A DNA stretch of 64,000 nt, from assembly GCA_040954595.2 (NCBI GenBank), contig CM082581.2, positions 1,852,699 through 1,916,698 on the forward strand, written 5' to 3'. The notes beneath the pieces were generated by a model. The model was not told the origin of the DNA, made no database searches, and was given only the letters and a program-made list of their open reading frames with translations. Shown piece after piece: positions 22,913 to 37,200 of this stretch. A program made the position numbers and the translations under genes. The DNA comes from Balanoglossus misakiensis. Its lineage: Eukaryota > Animalia > Hemichordata. The number at the start of each line of letters is the position of its first letter. Positions within the stretch are counted from its first letter, which is position 1.

Positions 22913-24704
22913 CTACCCATCCCCTTGATGGTCACCACTCCCCTCCTCTTCCTTTTCCTCATCCACCCTCCCCTCATCATCATCATCATCATCATCATCA
23001 TCGTTGTCATCATTATCATCATCAGCATCACAGCTGTTGTAGTCATTGTCACTGTGAAAGTTTATGGCCCAGTCTTTGTGGGACAAGCAATCTGCGATTA
23101 AATCAAATGCACCATTTGTGATTTTGCTTTCTCTTTTCAGTAATTTTATGTATTTCACATCTCTTAGATATAGTCTTCCGACACCTTCAAAATGAATTTT
23201 GTCATCTGTGATGACAGAATTATGTATGTCACATGATGGGGCAATAATACTAGCTACTCTTCTTTTGCCAGCATTATCTCTGTTTTCTCTACGTTTCTTA
23301 GCTAGCCTCCTATTTGGTTTCTTTTTACGTTTAATACTTGTGTGCTTCATGTAATGAAAAGAAAACATTTCATGTACTTTCTGCTTCCTGTGCTTCAACT
23401 TTATTTCTAACTCTTCAATTTGCTTATTCAACTCTTCAATTAAAGTTAAACATTTGGTGTTGAAATGGACGGCACACTCGTGGCCAGATTTTATTTTTCC
23501 ATTTTTTGTATAGCATTGCTGGGTATCAGAAAGAAGTTTATCTTTCTCTTGTTGAAGAGATGTTTTGATTTCTCCAACTTTATGTTCATTCTGTTCTATA
23601 ATTCTGCTGTGATGAGGTTTTAAAATCTCAGAAGCAAGAACGACACCAAAAGCTGCTGGGTTGTTAGTGCTTGTCACTTTCTCCACATCATTTTGGAAGC
23701 GCTCAAATTTCATTTCCAACTCGTATTGACGCCGTCCCTCTTCATGAAACTTCTTGCAGAAGTCTCTTGTGTTTTTGCTCCACTTAAAATTTGCTGAGTA
23801 AAAGTCTGGTAAGACCCGGTTCATGAAGACTGCCCGCTTTGTTTTACCATTAGGAATATAACCATATTTAGGTTGCATCCACGGTTTCTGCTTGCTGCTC
23901 TCACCTGCACCTGACTTGGATTGGCTGGGTTGGAGAAATGACTCCTTGCTGGGAATTGGGTGTTTCAGAATGCTCCTTTTGAACCTATTGAGTCGCTTTA
24001 TTTCAATAGACAGTCCTGAAATCAATAAAAATACGGATAAAAGGCTAAATGACTACATACAAGTTTACATGGGTATTTTATGCACAAGGCAAAACATCAG
24101 TCAATATCCCAATACATGATATATGATATTTGATTTATGCATTATTACAGAAAAGCCAAATTTAATTCTTAATTGTTGTCTATCAAACGAGTATAAAAGT
24201 ATAAAAGCAGCCTGCATTTATTTCTAATATCTGTTGATGCAATTTTCAGGGATATAAATTTGAAAGAAATGGTCATCTCTACACATTGCCACTAGCTATT
24301 GCACCTGTGATTCAGAGCACTTTTTTCCATAAAAAATAATGTACAACTAAGAATAGATGCATTTTTTTAATCGGCAGATATTCTAGATCTAAGAGGTATA
24401 TAACATTTTTCAAACTGGGTAGAAATATTGTTTATATTAAACCCCAGCTACAATTTCATCTGAGTTTTAAACGCTAAAAGCTATCGTAGACGTTACGGTA
24501 GGTGTCAAAATTAAAGTTCCGGTCAAAGTTGCAGGGCGATGCATGAAAACACACACACTGCCTGTCTGATTACAGGCAGCGACTGACTCCGCAGCCGCAG
24601 ACAGAGCTGAGATGAGATGAGATTCCACACTTACCAATATCTTTAAGGTCGTCGTCATCAACATCAACTAGATGCTTTGCTTTTTGAACACCGGCGTCTA
24701 AAAA
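22913..24704 (-). pseudogene. 5'-truncated duplicate of the SAM-domain gene (exon 2 intact, exon 1 cut at the duplication junction)
   Basis: Identical to 25577-27368 but lacks the ATG and first half of exon 1. Confidence 0.7.
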
Positions 24705-25576
24705 CATGGGCGACAACGCATCGCAATATAAGCCAATAAGAAAACGGATTTATGTTATAGATTCGGACAGTGACTCTGAGTGTTAAATGTTGAGTGAACT
24801 GAGTTTCATATTTAGGGGTTGCCTGTTCAAGTGTTCACACTATATTTCATATTAAAGCTAGGACTGTTATGTTTGTAAGTTCAGTATTTCGCCGTTAAGG
24901 GCCTGGTCAGAATTAACAGGGGGGAAGGCCGGTGCGATTGGGGGGAGGGTCACCATTTCTCATGCAACGGTTTGGGGGAGGGCCGCTACATTTTGGGCAC
25001 TTGTCAAGGGGAGGGTCACTAATTTTTGTGCAAGGATGACACCGAAAATGTTTCAAAATTTGAAGTGTTACAGAGAAATACTGAAAAGAGACTTGCGCTC
25101 ATAGGCACTCATGTATGGATATATTGACATCCCTTGTACTACAAAATACACCACACAACTCACAAAACATACACATGTACCAGTATGTGATCTTAAATAT
25201 GAATATATGAATACAAATCTTTAATCAGAACAAACACAATCATAAAAGAACTTATGTAAGAAATGTACTTTTCGCAAAAATAACTTAATACATAAATATA
25301 CAGTTTTTTATGAAAAGGTGACGTCCGAGTCCATTTGTATGTGGCAGAGATTATTGATGCTTTCTGCATATTGTCATTGTGACGACTGCGCTGGGGTGTC
25401 CCCATCTTGCTCTTACAATGTGACAACATGCAGAATGCCTCAATAATCTCTGCCAAATAAAAATGGACTCGGACGCTGCCACCTAGCCAATAATAAGACA
25501 CTTCGGTTTATTTATACTAGTATGCTGTCACCGCTATTAAAGTACTGTTACTGCTACTACTGTAAAACAATGCATT

Positions 25577-27455
25577 CTACCCATCCCCTTGATGGTCACC
25601 ACTCCCCTCCTCTTCCTTTTCCTCATCCACCCTCCCCTCATCATCATCATCATCATCATCATCATCGTTGTCATCATTATCATCATCAGCATCACAGCTG
25701 TTGTAGTCATTGTCACTGTGAAAGTTTATGGCCCAGTCTTTGTGGGACAAGCAATCTGCGATTAAATCAAATGCACCATTTGTGATTTTGCTTTCTCTTT
25801 TCAGTAATTTTATGTATTTCACATCTCTTAGATATAGTCTTCCGACACCTTCAAAATGAATTTTGTCATCTGTGATGACAGAATTATGTATGTCACATGA
25901 TGGGGCAATAATACTAGCTACTCTTCTTTTGCCAGCATTATCTCTGTTTTCTCTACGTTTCTTAGCTAGCCTCCTATTTGGTTTCTTTTTACGTTTAATA
26001 CTTGTGTGCTTCATGTAATGAAAAGAAAACATTTCATGTACTTTCTGCTTCCTGTGCTTCAACTTTATTTCTAACTCTTCAATTTGCTTATTCAACTCTT
26101 CAATTAAAGTTAAACATTTGGTGTTGAAATGGACGGCACACTCGTGGCCAGATTTTATTTTTCCATTTTTTGTATAGCATTGCTGGGTATCAGAAAGAAG
26201 TTTATCTTTCTCTTGTTGAAGAGATGTTTTGATTTCTCCAACTTTATGTTCATTCTGTTCTATAATTCTGCTGTGATGAGGTTTTAAAATCTCAGAAGCA
26301 AGAACGACACCAAAAGCTGCTGGGTTGTTAGTGCTTGTCACTTTCTCCACATCATTTTGGAAGCGCTCAAATTTCATTTCCAACTCGTATTGACGCCGTC
26401 CCTCTTCATGAAACTTCTTGCAGAAGTCTCTTGTGTTTTTGCTCCACTTAAAATTTGCTGAGTAAAAGTCTGGTAAGACCCGGTTCATGAAGACTGCCCG
26501 CTTTGTTTTACCATTAGGAATATAACCATATTTAGGTTGCATCCACGGTTTCTGCTTGCTGCTCTCACCTGCACCTGACTTGGATTGGCTGGGTTGGAGA
26601 AATGACTCCTTGCTGGGAATTGGGTGTTTCAGAATGCTCCTTTTGAACCTATTGAGTCGCTTTATTTCAATAGACAGTCCTGAAATCAATAAAAATACGG
26701 ATAAAAGGCTAAATGACTACATACAAGTTTACATGGGTATTTTATGCACAAGGCAAAACATCAGTCAATATCCCAATACATGATATATGATATTTGATTT
26801 ATGCATTATTACAGAAAAGCCAAATTTAATTCTTAATTGTTGTCTATCAAACGAGTATAAAAGTATAAAAGCAGCCTGCATTTATTTCTAATATCTGTTG
26901 ATGCAATTTTCAGGGATATAAATTTGAAAGAAATGGTCATCTCTACACATTGCCACTAGCTATTGCACCTGTGATTCAGAGCACTTTTTTCCATAAAAAA
27001 TAATGTACAACTAAGAATAGATGCATTTTTTTAATCGGCAGATATTCTAGATCTAAGAGGTATATAACATTTTTCAAACTGGGTAGAAATATTGTTTATA
27101 TTAAACCCCAGCTACAATTTCATCTGAGTTTTAAACGCTAAAAGCTATCGTAGACGTTACGGTAGGTGTCAAAATTAAAGTTCCGGTCAAAGTTGCAGGG
27201 CGATGCATGAAAACACACACACTGCCTGTCTGATTACAGGCAGCGACTGACTCCGCAGCCGCAGACAGAGCTGAGATGAGATGAGATTCCACACTTACCA
27301 ATATCTTTAAGGTCGTCGTCATCAACATCAACTAGATGCTTTGCTTTTTGAACACCGGCGTCTAAAAAATATTGCGTGTAATTGTGCAGGTCACACATTT
27401 GCAAGAAATCAGCAATGTTGCTCTCATCAGATGTTGGCTGCTCTTCCACTGCCAT
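25577..27455 (-). CDS. Two-exon gene: N-terminal SAM-like domain, coiled coil, basic NLS-like tract and acidic tail; exons 27455-27299 and 26679-25577 (~419 aa)
   Basis: IADFLQMCDLHNYTQYFLDAGVQKAKHLVDVDDDDLKDI-G|LSIEIKRL; a phase-1 GTAAGT...TTTCAG intron joins the exons in frame. Confidence 0.72.
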
Positions 27456-27696
27456 GATGACACTATGGAGGTACACGTGTGTAGAATGTTATGATGGGAA
27501 GTTCACCTCTTTTCCGAAAGCTCAAGATTTTAAAAAAAATATTTCACAAAACGAAAATTAAATTACATTTCAGTGATAAAAAATCACATAATACTGATTT
27601 TAATGCAAAAATGCCACCTTTGGTGTGAATGTACCAAGCGCGCGATAAATTCCCGCGATAAATACACACGTGACCTTTTTACTGTTCAAAATCAAA

Positions 27697-30600
27697 ATGG
27701 CTGATGTCGCTCTCGGTCCGTCTTCTAAAGAAAGCGAGAAAGATCGCGTCAAGTTGACATTTTCGGAGAGGAGAAGTGCCTCGCGGAAGCAGTCCAAGGT
27801 TGGTGGCGGGTACGAACGTGTATCACAACAAACGTGTAAACCGGAACAATGTGAGGAGAAGCTCGAGGCACTCTTGGACGTGCACAGAAAAGCGCCCGAG
27901 AAACAGAAAATCGTCCAAGGCCTGCTGTATGTTGTACACCAATTGATGGTGAGAAGTGATTTTGATGGAAAGGTGAAAGGGTATTTACGCTTCAAAGATG
28001 TCTATGGACTGTATTGCGGATTTTTTGAAACTCAGCCAACTGAACATGAATTCCGTGACCAACTGCTACATCCTGACCACGTACTCAATGTAACAGTTGT
28101 CACACTGGCAGGGTGTAGATATATCATACTCAATAACAGTTTTGTTAGCTTTACTGATTTGTTCGTAGAACTAGAACATGCTACAGATCGCAAAGATACT
28201 GCAAGATTTCCTTTGACAATCGAATCCCTGCATGATATCATTGCAACCATGGACACAGAGTATGATAAATCTGTTGTGAAAGCTGTTCTTTTTGCATCAA
28301 ACTCAAGAAATCACATGCATATGCTTGGAGTAAAACCAAACAGAGCTGTACAGTTTCTTTCCAAAGTGTTAGTTTCTGCAGAAGAATTCAAAAATGCCAC
28401 TGAAGCAGCCCAAGATGTCCTTGTTCGTAGGGTGAAGGAAAAGATTAACAAAATAGTACAGCAAATAGAAGATGTTGATGCCAGACTAGACAGTTGTAGT
28501 TTGTCTGATAAAAGAAGAAGTGATCTATGTGCAGAGAGAGATTGCTTAGAAAAACGAAAGCGGGAATTAGCATTATTGTTAACTCCAGAAGATAAAAGTA
28601 GTAGGAGACGAGCCCTGCAATCTAAGAAGCGGATCGCTCAAACATTGCTGGAAGAAAATCGGGTAAAGCGTAGAAAGCTTGGAGGAGGTGCACCTCGCCT
28701 TCTAGATACAGAGGATGAACTTTTCATCGCAAAAGCTGTTGAAGAAAAAAGTACAGCACATGGGCGAAGACATAATATTACACTTTACTCTCACCACCGT
28801 GTTAAGAAGAGACATTTTCTGTCCCTAGCGAATTACATGCTGCTCCAAAGGGGAAAGAAATTAATCAAATCAGCAACAACAGTTCTTAATAGAGGCCGTC
28901 CTCGAAATGTACGATCCATACAGGCAAAAGCACACATGGGGAAGTCCTTGTTTTGTGCCAGAAAGCCACCAAAGACTGAGCTACATTCAATGGAGTCCAC
29001 TCATCATCAGAGGGCACATGTGAAGAATGCTAAATTTAATATGTTTAGCGATTCGGAATGGTCAAACAGCCTTATGATCAGTATGGATGATAAAGCTTAC
29101 CTAAGACCAGGAACTGATGGTGAGTAAAATTTTGTTGATTCATGGATTAAGGGCCCAGGACAAGAAACAGTCCCTTTCCAAACAGTCTCTTCTTTCAAAT
29201 AGTGAAAAACCCATATGAGCTATATATCATTGGAAAGCATGAAGCTGTGTGACATGAAATGTAATCAGTTTTTGTCTTCTGTTTTGGTTTAATAGTTGGA
29301 GCAAGAGATGTTAAGAAAGGTGTAATCTATGATGTTACAAACCCGGAAAAACAGAACAAACTCCCTCAACATGATTTTAGTACGCCTGAAGTACATGTCA
29401 CTCCGACCTCATTCCGCTTCATCTCTGCCAAAACTGTAACTGTTGAAGGTAAGTGTGATTAATGCACTAGTTTGCTGAATATACTTAGTACAGATATCTA
29501 AATTGCCAAATATAAAAATCCAAAACATTGTTCACATATGTACTTCTTGTACACTTGGGAAATGAGTAATTTAATATAGGAATTGACCAATCAGAATCAA
29601 CCTGTCTTTATGAGACCTTTTTACATTATCTCCTAATTTTCTTATTCCCTTATAAGGAAATAAAGAACTTGTCAATTAAAAGGATCAAACTGTGGTGGTG
29701 ATTCGACCTAAACATTTCATTGGGAGCAGTGGAAGTGTCTGGGCCTCTGACTACTTGATGTTAAGGTAACATTCTAACAATACCAAAGTATGATTAAATT
29801 TTGAGTTTTGTATAGTTGTTGAACAGATACATATCCTGCCTTACAAATACTAAGTGTGGAGCTACTTCCATACATTTTGGTTTGTAGGAGAGAAGAGCCT
29901 GAGCTTTTTGAGAAGCAACAAGGACATTCTTCAAATAACCAGGCTTTGAAGATTTTCTATGCACAAGTCCATGATACAGTCTTCCACTTTAAAGGTAGGT
30001 TTGCTCTGCCACTGAAGCAATTATTATTAAATACCCTAAGTCTTGTTTTTTTGCAAAAATAAATAGTTTTTGAAACAAGTAGGCAGGACAAGTCAAAACA
30101 AAAGTTTTTTTCAGTATTTTTGTTGTGCCTTTCAACTACGCTGGATCCCTGAATCATGATCAAATACCCAGTGTATAGATTCTCAACACAACCTATATGA
30201 ATATAATTACCATTGTTATTGTTGTAAATTGTTTTCTAATCCAGACTAGAATTCATTTGTCAACAATAACAGTGTCATTTCACATATACAGGTTATGTTG
30301 AGAGTGAGAATACTAGGCATTTCAGCATGATCTAGAGAAACGTAAAGCTGATATACACAGATCCAAAATACTGAAAAAAATAGCCAAAGTTATATCTAAT
30401 GTCCCTTTAATTGATGCATTTTATTGTACCATAGTCCCCTTTGTCAGCTAAAGAGGACAATCCTGTTGGTGATTATCCATCCTTTAGTTATGCAGTTCAA
30501 TTCATGCTTTATAACTACTTTTGTTTATAGATACAACTGTACAAGAAGATGTTGAATGTGTGACAACTGATCAAAAATGTGTATTTCGCAAATATGAAGG

Positions 30601-31198
30601 TGACAGGCTGGCTTGGTTGCATCATCATTTGGAGCAGGCATGGACAAGATTGGATGAATATCTGAAAAGAAGACAGGAGGAGAGTTCATCAGATTTGCTA
30701 GAGCCAGTGAAACAGGTTATCCAAAATGCAGAGTTACTGCTGGGAGAAATAAGGTGCATTTGTAAAATTATTTAATGAGTTCAGTCATTGGCTCTGTTAT
30801 CGAACCCTGATGTTGAATATCACAGCAAAACATTACTGTCAGATTTCCCCTTTTGGAAAAATGGAACTATCGCTTTTAGTCACTTTTGAATGCTTATCTT
30901 ATTTGTTATCTTTTACATTTCAGGACCATTAACAAAGATGCCCTTTTTGTTGGTTTGACTGGCTTGATTGACATATGTGATATTATCATACAGAAGCTCT
31001 CTTTTGTTCAAGCACCTATGTATGGCAATATTCTCAAGACGACTGATGCAAGACCAGGTGTTGGTGTCAGCAATGTGGAAGTGAGATATAGAGATGCTGA
31101 ACTTATACGAATTCATGGAACTGACCGCATGATACGACTACACAGAGCACCTGGGGATTCTGGTCAAAATGAGGCAGAAAGATTAAATGCTGCAATAG
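27697..31198 (+). pseudogene. Zator-like (TP36/ISAzo13-related) DDE transposase, at least 6 exons (~27697-29119, 29296-29448, 29657-29765, 29888-29994, 30531-30752, 30923-31198), with one in-frame stop in exon 3
   Basis: ISMDDKAYLRPGT, LPQHDF, TTDARPGVG, HRAPGDSGQNEAERLNAAIG; GT-AG boundaries visible; C-terminal exons not seen. Confidence 0.75.
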
Positions 31199-31211
31199 GT
31201 AAGCAGTAGGG

Positions 31212-34200
31212 CAACAACTTGAAATCCCCATATGCATTTAATACCCATGTCAAAGTGAAGAGTTTGCATCACCATCTACTCTGATGCATCATTGAGCTTG
31301 CTTCGCCATTTGCCCTAACGCAAAGAATTACATTCAATGTCACCATTGCATTAGCAATGTCAAAGTACAGTGCTTTCCGCCACGTATTAAACTGGGGATT
31401 TACAGTCACCTTTAAATCCCCCTGTAGGCATTTTATACCCAAGTTCAAGTGCAGAGCTTGCATCACTATCTACCCTGATGCATCATCAACCTTGCTTCGC
31501 CATTTACCCTGATGCAAAGAATCAGATTCAATGTCATCGTTGCATTAGCAATGTCAAAGTACAGTGCTTTTGGACACGTATTAACCCAGGGATTTATCAT
31601 CAACTTGAAATCCCCATATGCATTTAATACCCATGTCAAAGTGAAGTGTTTGCATCACTATCTACCCTGATGCATCATAAAGCTTGCTACGCCATTTACC
31701 CTGATGCAAAGAATCAGATTCAATGTCATCGTTACATTAGCAATGTCAAAGTACAGTGCTTTTGGACACGTATTAACCCAGGGATTTATCATCAACTTGA
31801 AATCCCCATATGCATTTAATACCCATGTCAAAGTGAAGTGATTGCATCACTATCTACCCTGATGCATCATCAACCTTGCTTCGCCATTTGCCCTGATGCA
31901 AATAATCAGATTCAATGTCATCGTTGCATTAGCAATGTCAAATTAGAGTGCTTTTTGCCACGTATTAACCTATGGATTTACATTTAACATTAAATACCCA
32001 TGTGAAAGTGCAGAGTTTGCATCACCATCTACTCTGATGCATCATTGAGCTTGCTTCGCCATTTGCCCTAATGCAAAGAATCCCATTCAATGTCACCATT
32101 GCATATGCAATGTCAAAGTACAGTGCTTTCCGCCACGTATTAACCTAGGGATTTACAGACAACTTTAAATCCCCCTGTAGGCATTTTATACCCATGTCAA
32201 AGTGCAGAGCTTGCATCACTATCTACCCTGATGCATCATCAACCTTGCTTCGCCATTTACCCTGATGCAAAGAATCAGATTCAATGTCATCGTTGCATTA
32301 GCAATGTTAAAGTACAGTGCTTTTGGACACGTATTAACCCAGGGATTTACAGACAACTTTAAATCCCCCTGTAGGCATTTTATACCAATGTCAAAGTGAA
32401 GGGCTTGAAACACCATCTTCCCAGATGCATCATCAAGCTTGCTTCGCCTTTTACCCTGATGCAAAAGATCAGAATTAAAATCACTGTTGCATTAGCAATT
32501 ACAGTGCTTTTGGCCATGTACAGTCCCAACAGAATAGAACAACTATTTGTACATTTCTGAATACGGCAAGTAGTACGTCAACCCTACGGGAACCCCTACG
32601 GGAACTATTGTTAGTTGTAGCAGAGTTTGCTGCAACAATTGTCTAAGGCCCATTTCCTTTTGTTACATTTCCATAAAAACTACGGCAACTCCTTTACAGC
32701 AAGCCATTAACAAGGGAAGCTTAACACCTCTACCAGTAAATACTGCTGCAACACCTGTCAATTAGCCCCCACAGAGTGATGCCTTTTGTTCAAGGTGTTG
32801 ATTATTTTGCTACAACTAGAGTGATTGACAGGTCTAGAACTAGAGTGCAACATTTTTGCAACAGGTCACTGCAACATTGTATCACAAAGTTTACAAAAGA
32901 AGCTCTGTCTGAGAATAAAATGGCAAAGGGCTGACATCAAATACCAATGAAGTCAGTTTTGGAATGATGTTATGTTCATCGACAAAGTCTGAACTCTCTT
33001 GGTAACAGAACAGTCTGTGGACATGAACAGAGGTCAACACATCCCTACCCCAGTGTTGTAGAATGCACATGTTTTGCTGGGGTTTCTTTTCTTTCAAGGA
33101 GCTGGACCAATTAATATTTGAGAGATACAGCATGACCAATGGAAAATCAAACACAATGACGCATTTCACAATTGGGTTTAGCTTAAAAGACATTGGCTTT
33201 CATTTTTTTGACCTGCTGCCCCCCCCCCCCCTTACATGAAGACCCTGATAATAAATATTAGGCTTGTTTACAAAATAATGTTGGCCTGCAGTACCACGTT
33301 CCGCTGCAGTTTGATCTTTAGAACAGACAAGTTTTGAGAGTCTTGACTATAATTTTGAAGGGTTTCATAAGTAGTAATGGTCTGTATTATTTCAATATTC
33401 TATTATTACGGCAATGGATATACACTCATTTTCCGACGGGCAGTGCTTGAACATGATGGGAAGTGACTGGCAGCAATTAGTTGGCTGGTTTGGGATGAAT
33501 GACCTACATGTTTACTCATTATATATTCACGCAATTTGTTTAGTCTAAGCAAGCCCCTGCACTTGGCAGAATTTGGATACAATTTGCCTGTCAATCATTG
33601 TCTGGCTACCTCTTGCCCCCAAAGTCCGCGCCTGATAAAATACATTCAATGAGCGACCTTTATATCCAGACAGAGAGGGGGTGGCCGCAGTGAATGAATT
33701 GATGGTAAGTTTCAAATTCACATGTAAAATTTTAACATTTTCTGTTCAAATCCAGCCAGTTCAATGAATTGTTTAATCAACATTCCTGAAATAAAAAAGT
33801 TGACAACAAAGTGATTACTACGAGCGGGCATGCATGACAGTATTGATCGCTGAACTTTCAACAAAATACAGTGGTATAGTGGTTTAGTCCAAATGCTTCT
33901 TTGTCAAGCTCTCGGGTGCGTGAATATTCATGAGAAACTTATTACTGCGAACGTACATTCACAACATGAAACTAGTCCTATTATTTCAGAGCACTTGCCA
34001 AGTGGTCAAATCATGGTGGTAAAAGATGAGTGGCCGGCAAGACCGGGCCTAGACGTCCTCCACCTGTGTCAAACGGCTTTTGATGTGAATAATACTTTGC
34101 ATAAATTATGAGGTCAACATGTGTGGTAGTGCTGGTAGTATCGATCGATCGACCTGGTAAAAAGATGAGCGGCTAGACGTCCTGCTGCCGTGTCTAACAG

Positions 34201-37200
34201 CTTTTGACGTGACAAATAATTTGAATAAATTACAAGGTCAACATGTGGCCGATTTCATCATGTAAATAAAAAGCACATGGGTCCAAAAGTTTCAGGCACT
34301 CTGATATGCATAGTGGTGTCAGAGGTGTTTCCCACACCAAAACTTAGAAGACAGTCATTTCAATTACGGCCTCCTGCCAAACTCAACACATGCGCACAAA
34401 ATGGAACTGCAACTTTATTCACAAATCTGCAGAATTCTAGTGCAAAAAACAGACAAACTCAAAATACACATCGCACCATGGTTCACTCTGAATTACATGT
34501 ATTTGGACTTTCACTGGGCCATGTCTCTGCTTGATAGCATCAGGTTTGCAACACATTGTTGCCAAATTTACACATATTGACAAGGTAATCAAAACAACAG
34601 GTGTTTTATTACTCAGGGTATCACTAATGCCAGGGAGGTCCGTCTGCGTCTATTTGGTCACCAGCATGGCACACGTCCTGTAATTATAATTGCTGTTTTG
34701 AGTGCGTCTTTACCTAATTTGAATATCCTGATCAGGTTGTTGGCCTTGCCCTAGTTGTCTCAAAATGTACATTGATACAAACAATTGCAACATATTAGTC
34801 AATACCCTGCCAACTTACGCCAAGTGTACATGTTGTTATGGAAGTTTATTTTTAGAACCGCTTGCTTTCTGCATAGGTCACAACACAAAACTTTGAAGCC
34901 CGTCAGCTAGCCCTGCATAGCGTATGTAAAGCTACTGAGACAGGGGAAATATTAGTAAGGTTGACAACTGACTTGCTCGCTATCAAGATTTAGAAGGAAT
35001 TTATTTGCTTAGTGAGGCCAGGACATAAATTGCCCCCAGCCAAGCAAAATCCACGTGGGTGGAGCTCATTATCACACATAGACATTGCTACAACTATTGT
35101 TCACATCAGGGTGATAATCACCTCCCCATTAGCCCTTCTTGCTGTAGCACCTGCCCCAAATTGCCGTAATGGAGCACACATTCTTTTGTTTCAAACTACG
35201 GGAACCTTTGTAGTTGCCGTAAACTAAGACAAAAAACATCAATTAACCAACAAAAGAGGTGTTGCCGTAACATCTCTGCTACAACACTGCTACAACTAGT
35301 GCGGGAACTTTCCCGTTTCCAGTTTAGTTGTTGTTGTACGCTGTTGGGACTGTATTAACCCAGGGATTTACAGTCAACTTTAAATACTCATGCATATGCA
35401 TTGAAAACCTATGTCAAAGTGCAGAGCTTGCATCACCATCTACTCTGATGCATCATAAAGCTTGCTTCGCCATTTGCCCTAATGCAAAGAATCACATTCA
35501 ATGGCACCATTGCATTAGCAATGTCAAAGTACAGTGCTTTTGGACACGTATTAACCTACGGAATTTTAAACAACTTGAAATCCCCATATGCATTTAATAC
35601 CTATGTCAAAGTGAAGTGTTTGCATCACCATCTACTCTGATGCATCATTGAGCTTGCTTCGCCATTTGCCCTAATGCAAAGAATCACATTCAATGTCACC
35701 ATTGCATTAGCAATGTCAAAGTACAGTGCTGTCCGCCACGTATTAAACTGGGGATTTACAGACAACTTTAAATCCCCCTGTAGGCATTTTATACCCAAGT
35801 TCAAGTGCAGAGCTTGCATCACTATCTACCCTGATGCATCATCAACCTTGCTTCGCCATTTACCCTGATGCAAAGAATCAGATTCAATGTCATCGTTGCA
35901 TTAGCAATGTCAAAGTACAGTGCTTTTGGACATGTATTAACCCAGGGATTTATCATCAACTTGAAATCCCCATATGCATTTAATACCCATGTCAAAGTGA
36001 AGTGTTTGCATCACTATCTACCCTGATGCATCATAAAGCTTGCTACGCCATTTACCCTGATGCAAAGAATCAAATTCAATGTCATCGTTGCATTAGCAAT
36101 GTCAAAGTACAGTGCTTTTGGACACGTATTAACCCAGGGATTTATCATCAACTTGAAATCCCCATATTAATTTAATACCCATGTCAAAGTGAAGTGATTG
36201 CATCACTATCTACCCTGATGCATCATCAACCTTGCTTCGCCATTTGCCCTGATGCAAAGAATCGATTCAATGTGATCGTTGCATTAGCAATGTCAAATTA
36301 GAGTGCTTTTGGCCACGTATTAACCTATGGATTTACATTTAACGTTAAATACCCATGTGAAAGTGCAGAGTTTGCATCACCATCTACTCTGATGCATCAT
36401 TGAGCTTGCTTCGCCATTTGCCCTAATGCAAAGAATCCCATTCAATGTCACCATTGCATATGCAATGTCAAAGTACAGTGCTTTCCGCCACGTATTAACC
36501 CAGGGATTTACAGACAACTTTAAATCCCCCTGTAGGCATTTTATACCCATGTCAAAGTGCAGAGCTTGCATCACTATCTACCCTGATGCATCATCAACCT
36601 TGCTTCACCATTTACCCTGATGCAAAGAATCAAATTCAATGTCATCGTTGCATTAGCAATGTCAAAGTACAGTGCTTTCCGCCACGTATTAACCCAGGGA
36701 TTTACAGACAACTTTAAATCCCCCTGTAGGCATTTTATACCCATGTCAAAGTGCAGAGCTTGCATCACTATCTACCCTGATGCATCATAAAGCTTACTAC
36801 GCCATTTACCCTGATGCAAAGAATCAGATTCAATGTCATCATTGCATTAGCAATGTCAAAGTACAATGCTTTTGGACACGTATTAACCCACAGAATTTTC
36901 AACAACCTGAAATCCCCATATGCATTTAATACCCATGTCAAAGTGAAGTGTTTGCATTACTATCTACCCTGATGCATCATACAGCTTGCTACGCCATTTA
37001 CCCTGATGCAAAGAATCAGATTCAATGTCATCGTTACATTAGCAATGTCAAAGTACAGTGCTTTTGGACACGTATTAACCCAGGGATTTATAATCAACTT
37101 GAAATCCCCATATGCATTTAATACCCATGTCAAAGTGAAGTGATTGCATCACTATCTATCCTGATGCATCATCAACCATGCTTCGCCATTTGCCCTGATG

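Larger units (their letters stand above)
22038..27368. repeat. Direct tandem duplication with a 2664-bp unit (22038-24704 and 24702-27368)
   Basis: All ORFs recur identically at +2664; the junction GTCTAAAAA/CATGGG has AAA microhomology. Confidence 0.96.
24899..31211 (+). mobile_element. Left portion of a Zator-like transposon (putative left end also duplicated at 22235); right end not found
   Basis: TAA|GGGCCTGGTCAGAATTAACAGGGGGG resembles GG-start, TWA-flanked Zator ends; followed by the SAM gene and the transposase. Confidence 0.55.

Noticed and set aside
22858-23121. His-rich 87-aa ORF (also at 25522-25785)
   Set aside because: Antisense shadow of the (GAT)n poly-Asp tail of the minus-strand gene
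33200-33250. Poly-C tract as the right TIR of the Zator-like element
   Set aside because: It does not match the reverse complement of GGGCCTGGTCAGAATTAAC and lies inside a different insertion
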